This document shows positions 53,693-64,000 of a stretch of 64,000 bases of DNA, piece by piece; the first letter of the stretch is position 1, and each line of letters opens with the position of its first letter. Made by a program: the position numbers and the translations under genes. Origin of the DNA: Eledone cirrhosa. Taxonomy: Eukaryota. The stretch covers positions 192,758,001 through 192,822,000 of the forward strand of contig OZ024742.1 of the NCBI GenBank assembly GCA_964016885.1, given 5' to 3'. The notes beneath the pieces were generated by a model. It was given only the letters and a program-made list of their open reading frames with translations. It was not told the DNA's origin and did not search any database.

Positions 53693-54698
53693 AGTATATC
53701 TACTAACATGCGTACAGATGTACGCTAATGTCAGCAAATACACAGGTTATGTCATAGTACCTAGGTGGTTCAATGCAGGAGGATGCAGAACAATAATATA
53801 AAAGACGTAAAATAAGAAAATTAAAAAAAATTTTTTTTAAATTAACTTACTAATATTTTCACTCCAACTAATTAGTTTCTGCAATGGGATAAAGACAGTT
53901 ACGTAATAAACTGTTGAGAATTCATTGCGTCATCAGGGAGGTCTATTCTCAGCTAAGTCTCCAGGCAATGCGCGGACACTGGGGACTCATATAAAAATAA
54001 TAATAATTCGGTAATTGGAACAGCTAGCGGGGACTGGATTCCATGCACTGAAAATCTCGCTGTCACTGGTCAAATGGTAGATTCTAAAGAATCAATCACG
54101 TGACACTGAGGCTAGTCGGTAGGAGTGGGATGGTAAGATGACAGAAGCCTACTAACACACCAACAAATTTAGTAGTGGTTTTGGCAGGTTTGCTCGACAA
54201 AGTGATTTGGAGATAAATATAGAGAATTTAGTATATCTACTAACATGCGTACAGATGTACGCTAATGTCAGCAAATACACAGGTTATGTCATAGTACCTA
54301 GGTGGTTCAATGCAGGAGGATGCAGAACAATAATATAAAAGACGTAAAATAAGAACATTTTAAAAAAAATTTTAAAAAATTAACTTACTAAAATTTTCAC
54401 TCCAACTAATTAGTTTCTGCAATGGGATAAAGGCAGTTACGTAATAAACTGTTGAGAATTCATTGCGTTATCAGGGAGGTCTATTCTCAGCTAAGTCTCC
54501 AGGCAATGCGCGGACACTGGGGACTCATATAAAAATAATAATAATTCGGTAAATGGAACAGCTAGCGGGGACTGGATTCCATGCACTGAAAATCTCGCTG
54601 TCACTGGTCAAATGGTAGATTCTAAAGAATCAATCACGTGACACTGAGGCTAGTCGGTAGGAGTGGGATGGTAAGATGACAGAAGCCTACTAACACAG
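53688..54698. repeat. Tandem pLTR-like duplication, ~537-bp period
   Basis: 53688-54159 repeated at 54225-54698; relative at 42180-42390. Confidence 0.88.
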
Positions 54699-54699
54699 T

Positions 54700-56100
54700 C
54701 TGTGACTAGACCGGCAAATGCAAGTATGCTTTCTTGGCGCAATGGTGATTTTCTGGACATCCGGTGGTATCAAAACAAAATTCATCGAAAGGCAAAGGAT
54801 TGTGTGAACACGATTGCTTTTCTATTCCTATTCTTAGGTTCATTTTGCAGGGAGGTGCTAGACGTTTACTAAATCGTATATTTGAAGCCGCTTTCTCATA
54901 GGACTCTGGAGTAGTTTTATCACATATCACCTTAGAGGATGAGAGGTTTGAAATCCTATGAGAATTACTAAGGTTTAGATTTTTTTAAATATACAGAACA
55001 CTGGCAAGAATATCATTTAGTATATTTAGGTTTTTCTATATTAGGGTATATAAGAACCTATATCCAGGTCTATGTTTTCAGCTAGGAATTGGCATTTGAG
55101 AGCTAAATACAGAGATGGTTTGTCTTAGTTTGCGAAAGGTATCAATTACAACATTGCGAAACATATCTAGGTTATGGTTATCGATATTATTTGATGAAGA
55201 AAGGCTACCGTCTCAAAATAAAAGAGTGGCTAGGAAATATATTCTTAAATATTGGAGAAAAATATAAGCCTAACAGATTGCACATATTAGCACTATAATA
55301 CGACGTCATAGAGACATCAAAGAAGTATTCTTGTTAAGAATTTATAAGTCTTATAAACCCACTATGAATACGCAAGTTTTTGCGAGCGTGCCTAATATCT
55401 TCGAATTCTTGACAACTAATATAACAAACATTATGAGTGAATATTAAAACCTTGACTCTTGAAATGAAGGGTTAAAAGTCCAATATGTCAGTGTGTAAAT
55501 CTAGGATTATTTTTAAAGGGTTATCTCTGAACCACGATATGACTGAAGTTGTGTTATTCCACTGTGAGTGATTTGAGTTATTCTTGATGCGTTCATTAAT
55601 ATCTCATCAAATATTCCGACTTGCTAGTTCTAATCTATTCTAACTGGTTATATTAGTAATGTCTGGCTTCTGTTCCTTCAGTATGATGAAAGTATCTCCA
55701 CTTGATAAGCAATCAACTCTTGTGAGGAGATTCAGCTTACTAACAATGCTCTTATCCTCATAGTTTATAACATTATAACGTATCTACACTGGCTTCCTGG
55801 TACCTATTTGTGATATTAGCAAGAAAAAGTTGATAAGATCTATTTACTTCATATAGGTCCTTAGTCTTATCAGAAGGGACAAAAAAAACATTCATAGAAA
55901 ACTTAAATGTTTTTAAATCTCGTAAGAGTTAATTTGGAAACGATTTTTGTAACTACGGAAGTTAATGTTTGGAAATTATATATAAGAGATCCACTTGAAA
56001 AGGTGTTAAGCTTTACCTCTGGGGTAAAGGTTGAAATTTGAAAATGTGTTAGCCACATTGCAGGTGACTATAAATATGAATAAATAGGGTAAATTACCCC
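54700..56100 (-). pseudogene. Decayed Naiad/Chlamys-type PLE reverse transcriptase
   Basis: Remnants FVPSDKTKDLY, FIILKEQKP, QWNNTTSVISWF, FDVSMTSYYSANMCNLLGLY, RISNLSSSK; many stops; 5' boundary approximate. Confidence 0.78.
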
Positions 56101-56770
56101 TGGTGGTTTTCGAATACATAGGCATACTATCCTAAATATAAAAGCCTTTATGTGGTTGTTTCTACGACTTTTTAAAAGAGTTTTTGTTTTGCATTCTTGT
56201 AGGCACGAATTGAAAGATTTGTTAGAACGTATAAAGTGCTTTGATATATTCTTTCTGCTCTCAGCGCCCTGAGTCCAAATACCGCTGATCTCAACTTTGC
56301 CCTTAAGACATTCGATGACTATGGATTATATACTGCTCCAGTAATGAAATCGAAATTTTCAGTAATATAGTATTTTTATTCTCTCTCTCTCTGGATGAAT
56401 ACGGCTGTGTTCCAACAAGGAGGGGAGTGGGTTCCGACACGTATCAATGCCCAAGACACACCACACCGCATTTCATGACGGTGTCCCTATGACATTAACA
56501 GGAATTAAAGGCACTGGTACGTATGTAAAGTAGGATATTTTCCCACATCGATGTATTGTCCCTCTATAAAGTACAGTTATATTTTATTACTTTCATTTAT
56601 TTATAAATAGTTCATGAAACGATGTTCTATTCTCTTGGCAAATATACAAACAAATTAGAGAGACACATTTGTAATAAAACTATTGAAATGAAGAGCCTAA
56701 TGTCTAAACACAGAGATACACATAATAAACAATGCAAATACACAGAGAGAAAACATTCATAAACACACAC

Positions 56771-56820
<50 letters not shown>

Positions 56821-56893
56821 TGTATGGAATGAAAATACAGAGAGAAAACATTCATAAAACACACGCATTATATATATATATATATATATTTAA

Positions 56894-56998
<105 letters not shown>

Positions 56999-57228
56999 TA
57001 TATATATTTAAATATACATATATGCATAGATATATTTGGTCATACAGTTTACATATAAAATGTAAAGATGTTAGAAATAAACTATTTGTTTACAAACAAT
57101 TCATCAACAGATAATTCATTCTCCTGGCAAATATACAGCAAGAATTTGTATGAAAGAATTCAAGTGAATGTTCTAAAGTAGAGAGACCCATGCAAACATT
57201 TGCAAAATAATGGAAACGCAAAGACAAT

Positions 57229-57416
<188 letters not shown>

Positions 57417-57521
57417 TGTGTATGCGTGTGTATGCGTATGTGTGTGTGTGTGTGTTTATTAAGATCTATGTTTATAAATATACTCATATATACACGATAT
57501 ACATACGTATTTATATGCATA

Positions 57522-57589
<68 letters not shown>

Positions 57590-58007
57590 AACCGAATTAA
57601 GAAGCCTTGGGAATATTTGAAATATGAAATATATTTGACCTTAGGCACATAAGCATACTAACTATACATAACCACTAAAGATAAGAGTTGAGAAACCTGA
57701 GCAAATGAAAACTAGAGTCGGAAAAACATGACAGAGTTGACTGTAATTATGTAACACCTCGCTATGCGATTTTCTCTACAACTATTTTTTGAGATCGACT
57801 ATTACTATTGTCATTTGCGCTATGAGGACTACATTTCATATTGTAAGTATTGCAAAAGGTGTTTAGGCCAACTGGATGGACTCACAAGTATTTATAGCTA
57901 ATTCATTCTAACAGGATGACTTAGCTAGCAAGTTAGGGAAACTCTCTTGCCAGTCAGTAAAGATACATATAGTATCAAGTTTTACACACACTCACATATA
58001 TATACTT

Positions 58008-58079
<72 letters not shown>

Positions 58080-58202
58080 AAACGCCAGACCCAATAGTTT
58101 TGCAAGAGATGTCAACATGAATGGACCTGTTATTTTTATCTTAAGACATTTTTTCCAATTCCATCCCACCCGTCCCCTCAATCTATTTTATTTCTCATTC
58201 TT

Positions 58203-58238
58203 TCTTCTGATGAAGGACTAGCGTCCGAAATGTTAAGA
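58203..58238 (+). ncRNA. Minimal type I hammerhead motif (pLTR type)
   Basis: tctt-CTGATGA-a-ggac-tagc-gtcc-GAAA-tg-TT-aaga. Confidence 0.65.
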
Positions 58239-58329
58239 CCCTCTTCCTGCTATATCAATCGTTACCCTAATATATACCTTCCATATACTGTACCGATTGT
58301 GTTGGTATTTCTGTTTACCTTTTACATAC

Positions 58330-58419
<90 letters not shown>

Positions 58420-59209
58420 GTGGGTGTGTAGGTGGGTGTGTGTGTATATGTATGTATGTATATAGTATTAAAATTAGCGGAGGCCACAATCAGTTGATTC
58501 AAATTTATTTAAAACTCCGTTGTACATATTTCGCTGAGGACTATCAATTATGATATTCAGTATTTATCAGATGGCAAAACCTATAGAATCTTGAAAACAT
58601 TGACAACTTCCTCAAAATAATTCATTTGTTTTTTTTTTCGTGATACAGTTTACGGCTGAATGTGTTGATGTTGTTTCTTCGATGACCTCTTAAACTATGG
58701 TGGGATTGCTGTCACTCCCAGTTTCACACCACTATCGCCAGATTTTGAGAATAGCAAGTCATCGTTGTAGTAACGAAATCCGATAGTAGACAATTGCCCC
58801 TCCTCCCTGGCAATCAGTTATTGTTATAGTAGTAATAACAGCAATCTCCTCTCAACCCTAATATTTCTAGTACTATAAAATACTCCGGCTTCTACCCTTT
58901 ATACAGGTCTTTGAATGCCTCATTGTATCTGTTTCACAGCCAACCGACTATAATGTTGTACGCACATCCCTGGTCGGTTAGCCTCTTATTCTCTCTCTCT
59001 TTCTCTCCCCCCTCTCTCTCTCTCTCTCTTTCTCGCCCTCCCCCCTCTCTCTCTGTATATACATATTATAAAAAATATGTGGTAAGATACCAGGTGGACC
59101 ATAACGCACCAGATTACTCAATACTTAGGGTAGTAGAGTGGGTAATAGGAAAAGAGTCAAGACCTTGATGGCTGAGCTCCAGCCGTTTTGACAGCTACTT
59201 CTATATACA

Positions 59210-59294
<85 letters not shown>

Positions 59295-59301
59295 ATATCT
59301 A

Positions 59302-59359
<58 letters not shown>

Positions 59360-59361
<2 letters not shown>

Positions 59362-59467
59362 TTGTAATAAAATGAAAACGAAATTTCATTTCTCACTCTT
59401 AGTGCGGCACTTACTTAAATGTAAGTATGTATGTATACGTACATACATATATGTGTACATGTATGCA

Positions 59468-59549
<82 letters not shown>

Positions 59550-59981
59550 TGCTACTGTACGTCTGTATACATATATGTATGTACGTATACAAACATACTT
59601 ACATTTAAGTAAGTGCCGCTCTAAGAGTGAGAAATGAAATTTCGTTTTCATTTTATTACAACTCATCGTTCTCGGTGCGCCTGACCGACTTAGCTCACTC
59701 GATATGCAAATTAGGCTGCTCAGCCGTTAATTTTCATAAGGAAAGTATATACTTTCGAACGTTCAACTATCTGGCAGATGGGTATACGGTGCTGATGATA
59801 GCTAACAAGCTTGAAACTAGTACATCGTTCCTGTGTCAGTGTTGAACAAAAAGGTGACGTGGTTGCCTTAACACCGTGCGGCATAAATTCAGGCTGTTCA
59901 GTTTGTTTACAAACGAACAAAGCGGGCGTTATAATAAGCGTCCGCTAAACTGATGCGTACATATATGTATGTGTACCTGTA

Positions 59982-60021
<40 letters not shown>

Positions 60022-60074
60022 TGCTACTGTACGTCTGTATACATATATGTATGTACGTATACATACATACTTAC

Positions 60075-60078
<4 letters not shown>
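59360..60078. mobile_element. Retrozyme-like family A, copy 3 (fold-back); hammerhead at 59786-59828(+)
   Basis: 59360-59455 inverted vs 59565-59662; acggtg-CTGATGA-tagctaacaagctt-GAAA-ctag-TA-catcgt. Confidence 0.78.
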
Positions 60079-60122
<44 letters not shown>

Positions 60123-60623
60123 TCGAGAGCTTAATTAGTTTTGTGTGGTTTGTACAAATTTTTGCAATAACTACACATGTTGAATTCACTGGCCAAAATA
60201 GGGGTTTTCTCCCCTTAGAATCTCACATGTGCTCTCATAACCTGCGAGATTCTGGCGCAAGAAGAACAAAAACCCGTTGCGAAGCGATGCTTTGTTCGAT
60301 CATTATACCAAAAGCTTATTTTTTATAAGCAGACAGTATTATTGATTTAGATGTTGCAGAAACCCATCTTCCCCGAGGGTCCGGGTAACTATTTCAATCA
60401 TATCTCATTTTGTTTCACCCGTTTAGCTTGTTCGCTTTTTTGGCTATGTTGGTTAATGGGTTCTTAACCATCGTCTCAGCGTGTATGATCATTTTAACTT
60501 ATGTTTATGGCTCTGGGATCTTCTTCATATCCATGGAGTGCTTGTCTGCACAATATGGAAGTTGCGTTTCGCTAATTTCTACCCGCCGAAATGCGATTCT
60601 ACCTAAATTTATGTTTATATATA

Positions 60624-60688
<65 letters not shown>

Positions 60689-60694
<6 letters not shown>

Positions 60695-62899
60695 TATGAA
60701 GAGAGAAGAAACATTTAGTTATAATTAGTAATAAAATGTATCATACCTAAACTGCTCCTAGATTCCTCGACTACGTAAGTTTCGTGGCATAAAGAAAAAC
60801 AATACATCATGAAGATATAGAGTCCTTGCGAGGTCTGCCGACTTATCAAGAGGATACCTCATTTTACTAGTCTCAAGAACGCGTCTACACGACGTGAGAA
60901 AGAATCCCAAAAGGCGGAGGGGGAGATAGTCACGCGATATAACGGTCGAGAAACAGAGTTAAGCCTCTTATAACCCCGAAGAAAATACCACGGAGGCGGA
61001 GGGGTATTTATATCGAAGCCGTAGAAGAGGTGGTGAAGGAGGCGAGAAGTATGAGTAATGGAAGCTTTCCAGCAGTCCCCACACTTCAAAGATTGCTCGA
61101 CCAGAGGGAGCCATCAACAATATATTTAGAAACACACAGATACATGCGGACACACACATATACATGAATGCATCCGCACCCAACCGCGAGTTAAGGGTGC
61201 CAACTTCACCGATGTTGCTCAATGAATGACTGGGACAGACCAATCCGGTTGAACTAGACTGAACCAGTATCAGAGTTAAAAATACATTATGAAGAGAGAA
61301 GAAACATTTACATATAATTAGTAATAAAATGTATCATACCTAAACTGCTCCTAGATTCCTCGACTACGTAGTTTCGTGGCATAAAGAAAAACAATACATC
61401 ATAAAGATATAGAGGCCTTGCGAGGTCTGCCGACTTATCAAGAGGATACCTCATTTTACTAGTCTCAAGAACGCGTCTACACGACGTGAGAAAGAATCCC
61501 AAAAGGCGGAGGGGGAGATAGTCACGCGATATAACGGTCGAGAAACAGAGCTAAGCCTCTTATAACCCCGAAGAAAATACCACGGAGGCGGAGGGGGTAT
61601 TTATATCGAAGCCGTAGAAGAGGTGGTGAAGGAGTCGAGAAGTATGAGTAATGGAAGCATTCCAGCTGTCCCCACACTTCAAAGATTGCTCGACCAGAGG
61701 AGCCATCAACAATATATTTAGAAACACACAGATACATGCGGACACACACATATACATGAATGCATCCGCACCCAACAGTGAGTTAAGGGTGCCAACTTCA
61801 CCGATGCTGCTCAATGAATGACTGGGACAGACCAATCCGGTTGAACTAGACTGAACCAGTATCAGAGTTATAAGAGGCTTAGCTCTGTTTCTCGACCGTT
61901 ATATCGCGTGACTATCTCCCCCTCCGCCTTTTGGGATTCTTTCTCACGTCGTGTAGACGCGTTCTTGAGACTAGTAAAATGAGGTATCCTCTTGATAAGT
62001 CGGCAGACCTCGCAAGGACTCTATATCTTTATGATGTATTGTTTTTGTTTATGCCACGAAACTACGTAGTCGAGGAATCTAGGAGTAGTTTAGGTATGAT
62101 ACATTTTATTACTAATTATATGTAAATGTTTCTTCTCTCTTCATAATGTATTTTTAACTCTGATACTGGTTCAGTCTAGTTCAACCGGATTGGTCTGTCC
62201 CAGTCATTCATTGAGCAACATCGGTGAAGTTGGCTCCCTTAACTCACGGTTGGGTGCGGATGCATTCATGTATATGTGTGTGTCCGCATGTATCTGTGTG
62301 TTTCTAAATATATTGTTGATGGCTCCCTCTGGTCGAGCAATCTTTGAAGTGTGGGGACTGCTGGAAAGCTTCCATTACTCATACTTCTCTCCTCCTTCAC
62401 CACCTCTTCTACGGCTTCGATATAAATACCCCCTCCGCCTCCGTGGTATTTTCTTCGGGGTTATAAGAGGCTTAGCTCTGTTTCTCGACGTTATATCGCG
62501 TGACTATCTCCCCCTCCGCCTTTTAGGATTCTTTCTCACGTCGTGTAGACGCGTTCTTGAGACTAGTAAAATGAGGTATCCTCTTGATAAGTCGGCAGAC
62601 CTCGCAAGGACTCTATATCTTTATGATGTATTGTTTTTGTTTATGCCACGAAACTACGTAGTCGAGGAATCTAGGAGCAGTTTAGGTATGATACATTTTA
62701 TTACTAATTATATCTAAATGTTTCTTCTCTCTTCATAATGTATTTTTAACTCTGATACTGGTTCAGACTAGTTCAACCGGATTGGTCTGTCCCAGTCATT
62801 CATTGAGCAACATCGGTGAAGTTGGCACCCTTAACTCACGGTTGGGTGCAGGTGCATTCATGTATATGTGTGTGTCCGCATGTATCTGTGTGTTTCTAA

Positions 62900-62905
<6 letters not shown>
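60689..62905. mobile_element. Retrozyme-like family E: ~593-bp unit, 2 copies then ~1.75 inverted copies, one hammerhead per unit
   Basis: Units start at 60689 and 61282; inversion at ~61868; motifs at 60764-60854(-), 61357-61446(-), 61987-62076(+), 62579-62668(+). Confidence 0.85.
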
Positions 62906-62931
<26 letters not shown>

Positions 62932-62936
<5 letters not shown>

Positions 62937-64000
62937 TTTCTGAATTTGTTTAGCAAGATTCTTTATCTGAAATCGTGTGTTGAAACCGATATTGTTATAC
63001 TTTGGGAGGGTCATGTTGCCAATAAGAAACACACGCACCAGTTGCTTTCACTTCAATTTAATTTATTATATATTTATAAATTTACAAATTTATAAATTTC
63101 TGGTTGGTTGGTTGGTTCCACAACCAGATAGTTGTTTATATATATATAGTCATAGTTCTTTCGTCACACACTCTGTGACCTCTTCAGTGACTGGGGATTT
63201 CTTTCTTCGTTTCTGTGCCTTTCCTTTCTTCTATCCTACGCCATTTTGTTTGTGTGTGGGTTGCGTGCTCAGTTTGCGCATGCGCCACATCCGGGTGTCT
63301 GTGTGTGTTTGTGTTCATTTTTCTATTTTTCTATTTCTATTTTTCTATTTGTTTATTTATTTATTTATTTATTGTTGGTTGGTTGTTTGTTCTATGTGTG
63401 TGTGTGTTTTCATTTTGTCTTATGTGTGTTTTCATTTTGTGTGTGTTTTCAATTGTAAGTTGTTTGTTCTATGTGTGTGTGTGTTTTCATTTTGTCCTTA
63501 ATTGTAAGTTGTGATGTTGCTGTTCCACTCATATTTTCTATTTAATTTTGGTTTTAATTCTTTTATGCTTACTGCCTCTGTAATTTGCCTAAACATTGCG
63601 TCTTTCTTGTGTGTGGATTCTATTTTTATTTCTATGCTCTCTAATTTACCCCTGTGTTCTATCTTAGCATGTTGGTAGAGCACAGATGATTCTTTATTAT
63701 CTTGGAGGTCTCGCCAGTGTTCATTTATTCGTTCCCCTATACTACGAGCTGTCTCACCTATGTACACTATATTTTTGTTTCTACATTGTCCTTCAGTACA
63801 TCTTATGCTATATACTACATTTCTAGTTTTACAGTTAATATGGGGGCTTATTTTACAGGTTATACATTTCTTATCTATACATGAGGGTCTTTGGAACGGG
63901 TATGTCTTGCTAATAAGTGTTTTTACGGAGGTACCAGGTCTTTCTACTATCTTAATATTGAGATTATGTTTCTTTAGGACCCTTCTAAATTTGTAGGCTA
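62932..64000 (-). mobile_element. Nematis-like PLE 3' end: GIY-YIG endonuclease + pLTR with hammerhead at 63149-63191; runs off the window
   Basis: CITC..CKTRNVVYSIRC..C..VYIGETARSIGERINEH..RQITEAVSI..LNRKYEW, stop at 63498. Confidence 0.9.

Noticed and set aside
60859-62717. Repeated short ORFs in the 593-bp array
   Set aside because: Frames are broken differently among near-identical units and show no domain motifs

Overview
Eukaryotic, AT-rich, microsatellite-saturated DNA with no recognisable host gene. The SINEs and repeat landscape resemble an octopus/coleoid cephalopod genome (inference). Nearly all non-microsatellite sequence is transposon-derived. (1) A (TAA)n-embedded cluster at ~18.4-31.4 kb holds two intact, near-identical head-to-tail Dong/R4-clade RT+RLE retrotransposons (1130 aa each), a deleted sister copy, a Tx1/L1-like 3' end, and an old Dong relic split by a mariner. 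(2) There are fragments of several Penelope-like element (PLE) clades (Naiad-, Neptune- and Nematis-like), RTE LINE relics and tRNA-derived SINEs. (3) About a dozen short elements sit in (TA)n tracts and carry type I hammerhead-ribozyme motifs; several are non-coding and retrozyme-like, and two families have a U3:A8 covariant core. Most of these insertions share one architecture: two arms diverging from an internal inversion point, with both RNA-sense 3' ends facing (TA)n. This suggests twin priming of both target strands on circular or concatemeric RNA. All folding and homology calls were made by eye and no database search was run.
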